Source of the DNA: Octopus bimaculoides
Lineage: Eukaryota
Direction of reading: 5' to 3'
Length of the DNA: 64,000 nucleotides
Assembly: GCF_001194135.2 (NCBI RefSeq)
Contig: NC_068984.1
Span: forward strand, 14,192,268-14,256,267
In this document: positions 12,823 through 25,051 of the stretch, in pieces
Numbering within the stretch: the stretch's first letter is position 1
Layout: each line of letters opens with the position of its first letter
Notes under the pieces: generated by a model
The model's input: only the letters and a program-made list of their open reading frames with translations
Told to the model about the DNA's origin: nothing
The model's database searches: none
Position numbers and translations under genes: made by a program

Positions 12823-13341
12823 NNNNNNNNNNNNNNNNNNNNNNNNNNNNNNNNNNNNNNNNNNNNNNNNNNNNNNNNNNNNNNNNNNNNNNNNNNNNNN
12901 NNNNNNNNNNNNNNNNNNNNNNNNNNNNNNNNNNNNNNNNNNNNNNNNNNNNNNNNNNNNNNNNNNNNNNNNNNNNNNNNNNNNNNNNNNNNNNNNNNNN
13001 NNNNNNNNNNNNNNNNNNNNNNNNNNNNNNNNNNNNNNNNNNNNNNNNNNNNNNNNNNNNNNNNNNNNNNNNNNNNNNNNNNNNNNNNNNNNNNNNNNNN
13101 NNNNNNNNNNNNNNNNNNNNNNNNNNNNNNNNNNNNNNNNNNNNNNNNNNNNNNNNNNNNNNNNNNNNNNNNNNNNNNNNNNNNNNNNNNNNNNNNNNNN
13201 NNNNNNNNNNNNNNNNNNNNNNNNNNNNNNNNNNNNNNNNNNNNNNNNNNNNNNNNNNNNNNNNNNNNNNNNNNNNNNNNNNNNNNNNNNNNNNNNNNNN
13301 NNNNNNNNNNNNNNNNNNNNNNNNNNNNNNTATATATATAT

Positions 13342-13380
<39 letters not shown>

Positions 13381-13382
13381 CA

Positions 13383-13414
<32 letters not shown>

Positions 13415-14254
13415 CCAAAGGTGAGGAAACGACAAATGATTTAAAAGCTAACGGAATCCCAAGGGTAGAATACACGAAATCCATGATTTAGGTACTCGAA
13501 AACAGTCGGAAGTACGAGGACGGTCCGTGTGAGCGTGCAGTAAATAATCAATTCAAATAAAAAAAAAAAACAATTCAAAAATCAAAAAGAAACGTGAAAA
13601 GCAACGAACACGATGTGGTGCACCAAATGTATATTAGCTTCACGCTTGTTGAAAGGACAACACTGAACGATTAACTGTTTTACCAAAATGTTTAACATAT
13701 AAGTTTGAAAAACTAGTAAAAAACGGTTAATCGATAAGTTGGTTAACGAAGTAACTAACCCATTAACTAACAACGACAATTAAGGACCGAACCAGTGCGT
13801 GTGTTTATTATTACCGGCATAATGCCCCTCCCAGGGTTCAATAGTATTTCTTTCAACACACGAATTCACATCAAGAATCTTGCAAACCAAATACAAATAT
13901 GAACTATATATATAATTGTGTACCATGTTCTCCCTTTTATTTTGTTTGTTTGTTTTTTGTCTCTTTGTTGTCGTATACATTCGCTAGCTTTCTTTAAAAA
14001 GGGGCCTAATGCTCTTAGGTTAGACTTTTTGGGGGCAACTAGATCGAACCATCTCAAGAGTAACTGCCCGAAATGGTTGTGACTTCTGGTGTTTGACTGA
14101 GGAAAGACAACCAAGAATGACCCGTTTTTTTTTTTGCCTCTCTTTCTAATTGTTGTTTCTCTTGTCCGCCTTTGTATCACTTAGCTGTCCGAATGTTTTA
14201 TTGTACCATTNNNNNNNNNNATATATATATATATATACATGTATATATATATTT

Positions 14255-14422
14255 TCTTTTATAGTTTCAGCTTAGAGCTGCAGCCATGCAGCTCTATTAC
14301 AGGGAGCCTCTTACAATTTGTGGCACTTGGTGAAGAATGGAATTTGATTTAGCAACCCTCATTTGCACCTCCTGCCACGAGGTAGGTTCATCTGGGACTC
14401 TCGACAGGAAGAGGTCCAGCTT
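14255..14422 (-). mobile_element. 5'-truncated LINE 3' end (ORF2 C-terminus, short 3' UTR, terminal stem-loop)
   Basis: 14422-14297 reads in one open frame KLDLFLSRVPDEPTSWQEVQMRVAKSNSILHQVPQIVRGSL*, matching the LDxFLxxVPDEP...RxAxSNS C-terminal motif of APE-type LINE ORF2 proteins. It ends in GCATGGCTGCAGCTCTAAGCTGAAAC. Clade not assigned. Confidence 0.75.
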
Positions 14423-16021
14423 TACACATATATATATTAGAAAAAATAAGGTACTCAGGTATCTGGATGGTTGTACATTTACAGATTTTCATTAATATGT
14501 CACATGTTTTTATATCGGAGTGTACGATACGTGATAGAAAGAAAAGCTTGAGTTAATAAAAGAAGAGTACGTACTCCTATTTAATTTATTGTGTTTGCAA
14601 CTGAGTGGACCTGGACATTAATAACCATGGCCAATCTGGTGTCAAATCGAGGAACAGTTTAAACCCACCGCCCATCACCAGGAATTATCATCTTAACTGG
14701 TTTCCACGTTTCTATAGAATTTCGCTTGATAAGAGGGCGCGGTGAGAGTTTGAACCCCAAACTGCATAGTCATAAAACGAACTTCCTACCTACACACTCG
14801 ACCTCTCAATTTCTCTCTCTTTATCTCTTTCTCTATTTATCTCTCTCTCTCTCCCGTTCTCTCTTTCTCTCTTTCTTTCTTTTTTCTTTCTATCCCTCGC
14901 TTTCTTTTCCCCTCGATTTCGTTATTGCCTTCTCCCTTCTTTGTTTTACCTTTCTCTACCGCTTTCTTTTCCCCTCTCCTTCCCTCTCCCTACCTCCCTC
15001 CTTCACTCACTCAACCCATGCCTGCTGGTAACCCTGTATCTTTTTACTCTCTCTCTCTCTCTCTCTCCTTTCAACAAAATATCTCATTTTGTCAATCTAT
15101 CTCTCACACATTCACATTTTCCTTACTCACCTCTCTTTCCCACTTTCCATTATGCATACACAGACATATATTTATCACACATCAACACACTTGAAGATAA
15201 AGAGTATTTGGTTTTATACGTGCGTATAATCACCACATTAACAGACGGACATTTTTGAAACAGGCTGGTATCTGAACGTATATACGAAAGAAATCAAAAT
15301 ATTAATCCCTCATGAATTCCTATTTTATGTTCTACAATAATCATTGTGTACAACATATTATGATAAGCAAATATCTTATTATATTTTAGATTCACGTCAT
15401 ATTTTCATATCAATGTATCTCCCAAGAATATTGCAGCGCGCTGATATTTTTTCTCTAATGTATTATCTGTAGCAATAGATAAATTGCTCTCGACATATCT
15501 ACTCCTGAAATTCAAATAACAAAGTTTCGCATCTGAAACTTTTCTGTTTTTTCTTAAATTAGACCGTGAAATATTGATAGATTATTTAAGAATGGAATAT
15601 ATGGGTATGTACGTACATATATATACATATTTGTGTGTACGTGTGAGTGATCGGGTGTTTGTGTGCGTATATATATATATCGCTATATCAGAAACCTGCA
15701 TTGGCTCCATAACTACCGTTTCGGGTATAACCTTGGAGCACTATTAATCCGTTACAGCACTTACCGAAAGTAACTAGTCGTTTAGATCATCTGTGAATTA
15801 AACCCCAATATATTTTGCGTGTGTGTCTGTATATATATATATATATATNNNNNNNNNNNNNNNNNNNNNNNNNNNNNNNNNNNNNNNNNNNNNNNNNNNN
15901 NNNNNNNNNNNNNNNNNNNNNNNNNNNNNNNNNNNNNNNNNNNNNNNNNNNNNNNNNNNNNNNNNNNNNNNNNNNNNNNNNNNNNNNNNNNNNNNNNAGA
16001 GAGAGAGAGAGAGAGAGAGAC

Positions 16022-16178
16022 AACCGGCTTCTTTTAGTTTCCGGCAACAAAATCCACTCATAAGCTTTTTATGGGCTCGCGCCAATAGAAGACACTTGCG
16101 CAAGTTGCCACGCAGTTCTACTAAATACAAAACCATGTGATTCGGAATGAAGATTCCTACCACACAGCACCTATGCGT
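16022..16178 (-). mobile_element. CORE-A SINE head and CORE, diverged
   Basis: GAAGACACTTGCGCAAGTTGCCACGCAG...AACCATGTGATTCGG...CCTACCACACAGC is the reverse of the family head. Confidence 0.85.
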
Positions 16179-16184
16179 GTATAT

Positions 16185-16234
<50 letters not shown>

Positions 16235-17229
16235 GGATAGATACATGCATACATACATACATACATACATACATACATACATACGCAGTTTAGTTTGAGC
16301 TATTTTTAGAACGAGACCACCATGCGGTTGAATAAACAGATAAAAAAATTTTGGTCAGAATTATCTTCCATTTCCAAGAAATAAAACTAGCGGTCAAAAT
16401 GCCCTTGTAAAAAACCTTGATGGATTGTAGCATTATAGTACACTAATACATGACTAGAATGCACCTTGAAAGCCGTTGAAACGTTACGTAGACGAAAATA
16501 TAATATAAATGAATACATGATAAAAAAAAATTGAATATTCCCTATTCTCTGTTTTCCTTATACTAATTCATTTGGTTATCATTACTCTCGGATTCCAGCC
16601 GAGATTCTTTAAGGGTAGAAATCCCTGGTTTCTCAGCGGTAAAACTGTGGATGTTGCGAATGAAAAAATATAATCCAAATAAAACGCAGAAATTCTTAAC
16701 ACATGTTTAATGATTCGCTATAATTGTTTCCGTACCAATTCTTCTTGCAACGCCAATTTACACTTCGGAGTGAAAATCCACTTAATGTTTGCGTTATTAG
16801 ACTTTCGAACGCCACTTCCCCAGACTTGCATCGTGTTCCCCTCTTTAGAGGTTAACACGACTTTACCACTCGGATCTGTAGGAAATCGAGCTATTCTATG
16901 CAACTAGGGCCTTATGGGTTCTTTATTACGTAATAGTCGTGGTTATGACACAAGGAATGGTTCAGTCAAAACAGTTGTCGAGATAAGCCATTCCAGAATT
17001 CCTTCTGTTTATTTTATATTGTCTATTTTGAATTTCATGTAAATATATTCATCAAGCCTACGTGCGTTTATCTGCCATTTTCGTTAAGTATGATAAAACG
17101 TTTTGTATACCTTATTTAACGAGTATATAAGTGTCGAAAGCCACAAAACTGCTCTATTCGGTTTGAGAAAACTTCTCGTATAAAAGTATAGAAGTATTGT
17201 CCTAAAAAGCATAACATTTTGTAGAAAGA

Positions 17230-17269
17230 TGGATAGATAGATAGATAGATACATACATACATACATACA

Positions 17270-17300
<31 letters not shown>

Positions 17301-17342
17301 GTTGACAGAAAGACGGACAGACAGACAGACAGGCAGGCAGGC

Positions 17343-17377
<35 letters not shown>

Positions 17378-17600
17378 TAGATAGACAAATAGATAAATGG
17401 TAGGTAGATAAGCAGAGTGGTAGATAGATAGATACATATGTAGACAGACGGACGGGCAGACAAACAGGCAGACAGACAGATAGATAGTTAGATATATAGA
17501 TAGATAGATAGATATATAGATAGATACATACATATGTTGACAGAAAGACGGACAGACAGGTAGACAGGCAGACAGACAGACAGATAGATAGACAGATAGA
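17230..17600. repeat. Compound (GATA)n/(CATA)n/(GACA)n tetranucleotide satellite with internal duplication
   Basis: Seen directly; ACATATGTTGACAGAAAGACGGACAGACAG occurs twice (about 17295 and 17530). Confidence 0.9.
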
Positions 17601-19819
17601 AGAGCATATACATATACGTATGTATATATGTATATATGTTTCCTCAAATATGTTTCACCACAAATTGGCCCTGGCCATGTCTCACATAATAGCTACCACT
17701 GATAGAATGTGCGAAGGTATTTTTAAATGTATTATAAATGTATTATGCATTAATGCTAGTAAATACCGTGTGGTAAATGAATAAAGAAATCCTATAAGTT
17801 ATCTAAACTGAAATGGCATCGGCAAAAATATTCGCCATGTTTTCGTAATGTTTATTTAAGATATTTTTAACTTAATTCCATTTACCATAGCTGATGTGAT
17901 TCATATGAAAATACAAACAAACACACACACAACACAGAAACAGACACACACACATGTATATATATATGTGTGCATAAATGTATATATATATATATATATA
18001 TAATTTTCCATNNNNNNNNNNATATATATACATACATATATGTATATATATATATATATATATAATTTTCCATACATATACATACTCTCATGATTGATTT
18101 TTTTTTATCTATTCTCTTTGATTTCACTTAAAATCTCTTACACCCAGAATATTTTATAGTTTTCAATATCTTTATTTGTTCTTGGTTGTATGTTCGTAGC
18201 GAAAATGTGACTGCATTAGAAAGATTTTAAGACTGATAATCGAAGAAGAAAACTCCGCGAATTTCAGAGACAAATAGTCTATTAATATCTTTTATTTTCC
18301 CATTTGGTTATTTAGATAATGTGTTAAATATCATCTCGATTTTATTAACGGAACGTTTCTTTCTATTTACATAGGCAAACTGACACAGACACAAACAAAT
18401 TTTGTTTAGACAAGATATAATATTAATTTGTGAGCAGATGAGTTAATTTCACACTTGACATTGGGAAAGTGCGGTAAAATGTGTCTAACTAGGTAATGAT
18501 CTTCGTAGAATGATAGTAGTAGACAAATAATGAAAGAGAATTAATCAATAATTAATACCAACCTAATGTCCGGTTTTCAATTAAATAGGCATTGTGCTGA
18601 CTGCAATGTGCACAGAAGATTCTTTTATAAGACTTCATAAGGTCGTGACATGTTGCTCAATAACGATGTATTGTGTATTTAGATTGGTCAAACAAAACGA
18701 GGAACAAGAGAAGAAAATCAGCTGCGCTGAAGGCGGTCACGGAAGGTCATAGATGTTATTACAAACTATTTCTTGGTGCAATGAACGTTTATACGCTTTC
18801 TTCAACAACTGGCGTCACATTCTTTCTTTCTTTTCAAAGCTGCCGTTTGTTTTTGTACATACAATTAATTCCTATTGACATAACTGAGCCAAGGTCACTT
18901 CTACATTTATTAATATATCCTACTACAAACATGCCGTTTAGAGAAGTTAATTTTAACATGTGTGCATTATAGACACAGATCTTCGTAGATGTTATCGAAT
19001 GAATTTCCATGGCGTTTTCTGTTATTTGTTTACATTGATATTGGAAACATATACAGTCAATAGTTTTTTCTCCAAAACAAATTTCGTATAACTTTCAATC
19101 CAAACAAATTGCATAATATTTTTTTTTCTAGTATTTTCGTTTTGCTTCACTGCTCTTCGAATTGATCCATGTTAATTCTGAAGATACATATGCATGACTG
19201 ATTTTGTCAAAACTGAAAGAAATGTAAATTATTTGTATATAGACTTTAGACGTATGAGAAGAACACGCTTGAAATATCAAACGAAATATTGATACATAAC
19301 TAATAATTTCCTTTCTATATATTTTTCTTTACATCTTTTTAACGTTTTCCTTTTAATTTTTATTGTTTTCTACATAGCTCAATGTCCCGTTAGACTTATT
19401 TTTCTTTCTTTTCCAGCATATTTTTCAGCATGCTTCCGCTTATCTCGTTAAGTCGTTTGTATCATATCACAATATTTGGACACAAGTTAGTTTTTTTGTT
19501 GAGATTTTTCTTTCTCTTTCATTTTATTCCCCTCTAATATCCTTGATGTGGTTCTTGTAAAAGCATCACAAAAATAAGTTATACAATATCTGAATAAATA
19601 CCTAAATAAACACAGATTATATGTCAGAATCTTTCCCAAACCGAATCGCAAAATGAAGCCATTCGAAAATAATTTATACCCCATCGACATAAAATTAAGA
19701 GTGCAAGTACATAACAGAAATATGTATGCTTGTGTACGTGTCTGTATATCAGCATATATAAATATGCGTGTTGGCAAACCAGCATTTCAACTTGAAGGGG
19801 CGACAGACCATCTCTGCGT

Positions 19820-19962
19820 TACCCAATTTACAGCCGAATAGACTACACCAATTTCAGATAAAGTGTTTTGCCCCAGGACCCAACGCACAGCCGGTCTAGG
19901 AATCGAAACTAAGATCCTCCAATACTGACTGCAAGACACTAATAACTAGGCCAAGCGCTTTC
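19820..19962 (-). mobile_element. CORE-B SINE 5' part
   Basis: AAAGTGTTTTGCCCCAGGACCCAACGC...GGAATCGAAACT...ACTAGGCCAAGCGCTTTC is a reverse tRNA head with B-box plus CORE-like block. Confidence 0.75.
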
Positions 19963-20424
19963 GCTCGTGCGCACATATATATAACGCATGCGTCTATATC
20001 TACATGTATATATACATATATGTATGTGTGTGTGTGCGTGCGTGTATGAGTGTGTTTATATGTGTGTTTATGTGCATGTGTGGGGGCACGTGAATATATA
20101 TTTATTTGTTTAAAATTAGATAAAAGTCGCTCAACTAAAATTGGAAACGGTGTTTCAATTCCCTTATCAGTTACCTGTTGGTTCTGATCATCCGAGGCTG
20201 TATAAAAAGTCCCTACTTTGAAAACAGGAAAAAAAACAGTTAGCGGCATTAAGAGCACTTTGATGTAAACCAGTGCCTCACTAATATACTTATGAACCAA
20301 ATCCTATCATAGGTCAGAGAACATGTGAAATGAATGAAGGAATATATCTAATATATATATATACCTGTGTGTGTATTCATATGCGTGTGTGTATACATGT
20401 GTGTGTGCGCGTGTGTGTGTGAGA

Positions 20425-20462
<38 letters not shown>

Positions 20463-21400
20463 CTAGCAAGATAGATGTGTGTGTGTGTGTGGTGCGTAAG
20501 TGTGCTAGTGTATATAAGGTTGCACCCGCTCGCAGTGTTATGTATCAACACTTTGAATGCTTGATACAGTAGCAAAAATTGTGCACGTCAAAGTTAATTA
20601 ATCTTTTGCCAACTGCTATTTGAATGACTGCCTTCGTTTTCATTTCATAGCCTACCAATGTGAAGCCTGCAAACATGGTGATATTTCATATCATTTCTTC
20701 TCCCAGTTCACATGCTGAGTATATATTTTCATCAAGATAGCCCTCCCTCTTCTCATATCATGATGGTTGTGAGACGAGACTCCATTTTTTTCTTTCTTAT
20801 TTAAACCTCATCTGTATATCGAAAAAAATCTCCAACGCCTGACATGAACTATTCTTGCAGCAAATTCCCTTCAACGAGACCAACCTAATGTATTACAGAA
20901 AAAAAAATAACGTTCTAGATATTTTATAAGTGATAACTCGGCATCTAATCCTTCCAGATAATTACCAATATGAAAATCAGGGCTCCGTTTCATTACATTC
21001 TCTATGTGTTCGTAGTTTGTTGAGGTTCAAACTTATCGCAATATCGGTGTTGCTTTTATTTTGCATAATTATCATGTATATTCCTAGAGTTGTTCCACTT
21101 CTACTTATGCAGTGTTCGTCGGTTAACTAGCATATTCCGCTGGTGCTTTGATGCAACTGCATTATTCCACTTAAAGTCAAATATGACGCATGTTACTGAA
21201 AATGGAAATGCAATAAAACTTGCAATCATTATTTTACTAATCGATATATTGCTTTCAACGCGCTTTACAGAATATAATAGAGGAAATCAATGGCTCCTCC
21301 GTCGGTTTCGACGAGTGTTTTAGTTATTTGATCAACTTAACTACCGACACACTGAACTATATTGCTAGTTAGATTTTCATATGTACATGATCATTGTGCT

Positions 21401-21754
21401 GCAGTTGACCTTACCATGTATTGTTTCAGGGTCGATAAAATAAGAACCAGTTCTGCACTCAAGTTGATGTAATCCATAGGTTCTGAAAGTGGATTCTACC
21501 ACCCTCCGGTGATCGTTGAGATGGTCCTGGTGGGCGCTGGTGCCTAACGGAGCGGAGGAGGTGAGGGTGGTAGAGAAAAGGAGGCGTGGGTGAAATGCAG
21601 TGGATTGGAGGACGTTATGAAATTATTATGATATTATTATGATATTATTATGATATTAAATATACAAGCGTGTTATTATAATATTATATACAAAATTATA
21701 TAATATTATATTAAATATCAAATGATTGATAGTATATATAAATTAGTAAAATAT
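21401..21754 (+). mobile_element. First tandem unit: SINE M fragment plus 5' part of hAT-like MITE
   Basis: Paralogous to 21755-22140 with a period of about 426 bp; shared blocks GCACTCAAGTTGATGT, GGTGGGCGCTGGTGCCTAA.GGAGCGGAGGA, AAAAGGAGGCGT.GG, AAATGATTGAT. Confidence 0.85.
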
Positions 21755-22292
21755 AAACGGTAGCACGCCGGGCGAAATGCCTATCGGTATTTCGTCTGTC
21801 TTTACGCTCTGAGTTCAAATTTCACCGACGTCGATTTTGCTTTTCATCCTTTCGGGGTCGATAAATTAAGTACCAGATCAGCACTCAAGTTGATGTGATC
21901 TTTAGGCTCCCAAAGTAGTTTCTGCCGCCGTCCGGCGGCCGTTGAGACCGTCCAGGTGGGCGCTGGTGCCTAAGGGAGCGGAGGAAGGCCAATAGAGGAA
22001 AAGGAGGCGTTGGGGGGAAGGCAGTGAATTGGGGGATGCTATGAAATAATAATAATATTATTATAATATTGTATACAAATTATATAGCATTATATTAGAT
22101 AGCAAATGATTGATTTTATATATAAATAAATAACATATAAAATTTTTAACTATGCATGAAAATATGGGTAGGGGCGCTGAGGGTATTATGTGTCCATGAG
22201 GTTGGGAGTGGCCCACCAAGGTTGAGAACTTCTGTAGCCCCACCACTCACAAAATTTCAAGTCTCGTGTGTATAGCAGAAAAAGATTTTAAA
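21755..22292 (+). mobile_element. SINE M (21755-21900 and 22235-22292) interrupted by a 334-bp hAT/Charlie-like MITE (21901-22234)
   Basis: The SINE stops at GATGTGATC and resumes as TAGCCCCACC...AAAATTTCAAGTCTCGTGTG. The insert ends in AAGGTTGAGAACTTCTG, whose reverse complement CAGAAGTTCTCAA matches the 5' end of the first unit (CATAGGTTCTGAA). GGGGCGCTG subterminal motifs are as in Charlie-type MITEs. No 8-bp TSD is visible. Confidence 0.7.
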
Positions 22293-22361
22293 AATATACT
22301 GTATTTGAAGGCATTAAAGACGCACGGGCATATAGAGACACACCCCAATATTAGCAGTGCC

Positions 22362-22583
22362 GTTGGCGGTGAGCTGCCAGAAACGGTAGCACGCCGGGTG
22401 CAATGCTTAGCAGTATTTCGTCTGTCTTTACGTTCTGAGTTCAAATTCCGCCGAGGTCGACTTTGCTTTTCATCCTTTCGGGTTCAATACATTAAGTATC
22501 AGGTGCGTACTGGGGTCGATCTAATCGATTGGTCCCCGCCCCCAAAATGTCAGGACTTGTGCCTAGAGTAGAAAAGAATATTA
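22362..22583 (+). mobile_element. SINE family M, full length with target-site duplication
   Basis: Complete head, body and tail; flanked by AATATTAGCAGTGCC (22347-22361) and AATATTAGCAACGCC (22577-22591), 13/15 identical. Confidence 0.93.
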
Positions 22584-22642
22584 GCAACGCCTATTCAGAA
22601 GAAAAACATAGTCTTTTGAAGCATGTAATATTAGACTGCAGG

Positions 22643-22830
22643 AAGGCAGCGAGTTGACAAGACGGTTAGCACGCCGAACCAGATACTTGCGTTCTCAGTT
22701 CTAATTCGGCCCAAGTTGATTTTGCCTTTCTTTCTTACCGGGTCAAAAAAATAAGTGCTAGGATTGATATAATCGACTCAACTGCCCCTTCAAAAATGGT
22801 TGGATCTGTGTTAAATCTTGACACCAAAAT
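22643..22830 (+). mobile_element. SINE family M, old diverged copy
   Basis: GGCAGCGAGTTGACAAGACGGTTAGCACGCCG...GTTGATTTTGCCTTTC...GATATAATCGACTC. Confidence 0.75.
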
Positions 22831-24153
22831 TCGATTATGAAAGTCTCATATAGAGCTCATAAGAATTTTTTGAGACATTGTCTTTCAAAAAGAACCTCTT
22901 ATCTGACATCAAATACGCTAGGTCTCAATGTATGGCAAAGCTGACCCTTGAAATGGATGTTACAGTGCACTTGATTGACTTTTAGATTCTCCGTTTCCAA
23001 AATTCCGTTCACAATGTTTATGTCATATATTCTGTGGGATGGAACCCAAAATCATACACACTGGCATACACCTGTAATCGCTGGAGAAGATAAGAAAGAA
23101 GGAAAGGATATAAAGAGAAACAAAAAAAAAACATATTTCTATATGCTTTTTCGATATCCATCGATTTGCCGACAGGATGACAGAATTTTTAATCTCAAAT
23201 TATTTTCTATTTAAGATGCTACCCATGATATGAAATATATTCAGTTTAAGTACAGAGAGTCTATGAAAGCATAAAAAATTATTAACTTTAGCATTACTTT
23301 CATTTTCAGAAAAATAGATATATTAACTGTTTTTTAATTGGGTAACTTATTGACATCTTATTCAGAAAATTTGGAACAAATATTTTTAATGGCTTTCAAC
23401 AAAATATGTTTATCTTAAAAATATTTTATTCTATGGTTTGTAAGCGCAGCTTATATATTGTACATACTTAGACGAATTCTCCATTACCATGTCCCTGGTT
23501 AATGTTCTCTTTTCGTTGTTATGGTGCGTTATGAGTCTGGCTTTGAAGGAGACTCGACACCTGGTTCTAGCAGCACGTGTAACCATATATCTCACATTTA
23601 TGAATATGTACGTGCATATTAATAACAGTTGAGACAGATGTTTAAGGTCAATAATTAATGCTTAATATTCCCATAGCATTTCAGCGAAAAAGTTCAACCA
23701 AATTTTTATGCATAAACCAAATGATAAATGATAAATTTCATTGAAATACATTTTTATTGAAGATATGTTTTCATGAATTTGGGATTTCATAATTGTTGCA
23801 TGTCAACAAATATTGAAGTCTGTATTGTATTATGAGAGCATGATATTCGAGGTCATTTCTTTTCGGTGAGGAGCGGAGGAAAATAATCTTTGATGTTACA
23901 TATGCTAATTCCATGAATAAATTGAAAACATTTACTGTCTTATTTGATCTATTTAAATATTAACTTGAAATCACCTTGATCTGTGGGTAACGTGTGATAG
24001 ACAAACAGATGAATATACAGTATAGTCTACCTATATAACACATATATAATTATATTTAACAGACTACACACACACGCGAAGAAGCATGCATATACATATA
24101 CGCAAGCACACAGATATCCATGTATCTTCATACGATGCGATTTGTTTCAATAC

Positions 24154-24156
<3 letters not shown>

Positions 24157-24225
<69 letters not shown>

Positions 24226-24250
24226 TGTGTGTGTCTGTGTATGTGTGTCT

Positions 24251-24314
<64 letters not shown>
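24157..24314. repeat. (TG)n microsatellite
   Basis: Seen directly. Confidence 0.98.
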
Positions 24315-24318
<4 letters not shown>

Positions 24319-24778
24319 ATGCGTATGGATTGTGAATGTGCTGCAAAGCGATGGTTTGCAGTTTTTACCACAATTAGCACATACACATCAATTCCTTTTA
24401 AAATCCAATGCAGAATCATGACCCTTTTAGCATTGTGTACAGATTTATATCTCTTCAAACCATTGCAAAAACAGTTTATTACATGATTGGCAGATAAAAG
24501 TTCCTTTAGGTGGTTATGATCAACTATTAGCTTTTTTTGTTTCATATCCCCTTAGACCATCCTTATAAATACAAACTCTTAAATTTTCAACATTTAAAAG
24601 TATTATTAAATTAATATCAACAGGTCTTCCTTTCCTTATATACCATTTTCAATTCTGTATATATACTGATTATTTGATTATTTTGTCCGTGATGCCTTAT
24701 TTATTTTTTCCTCACAATTTCACATGAATATTTTAATTTGTCAGACCACATTTAAGGCAGTCTTGTATCTTAAATCCG

Positions 24779-24960
24779 ATTTGTAAAACAGCCGTTTCCC
24801 AGAACATATATAACCATTGAGTAGATGCTTTCAAATTCTTTCATCTTCCATATAAATCATATAGCCTCTCTACTTCAGTCATCTAAGTTACAAGAGAGGC
24901 TATATGCTTGCAACATGCAATAACTCCAAGACAACATCACTCAAATAATATTTCAGAATA
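24779..24960 (+). mobile_element. Possible Penelope-like GIY-YIG endonuclease C-terminal relic
   Basis: A single frame reads ICKTAVSQNIYNH*VDAFKFFHLPYKSYSLSTSVI*VTREAICLQH, resembling the SAVAEH...H...FKI...R..(K/R)EAI.I end of Penelope GIY-YIG domains; it lies about 100 nt upstream of a hammerhead motif. Weak similarity judged by eye. Confidence 0.35.
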
Positions 24961-25051
24961 ATGCTCAAAATTTGTACACGGCACTTTTTCAAAACAACAA
25001 AAGAGACTGTATGCATTTGTTGTATATAAATATTTTGCTGTCAATTTTAGG

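Noticed and set aside
16718-16903. Minus-strand ORF with GNTMQVWG, reminiscent of the Tc1 GSVMVWG motif
   Set aside because: Only one weak motif and no other transposase signature in neighbouring frames.
17985-18075. (TA)n-ATTTTCCAT repeated on both sides of a 10-N gap
   Set aside because: Typical unmerged contig overlap, an assembly artefact.
21401-22830. Recurring 30-40 bp motifs that might suggest a CRISPR array
   Set aside because: The repeats are parts of SINE and MITE copies with irregular spacing in eukaryotic DNA; no cas genes.
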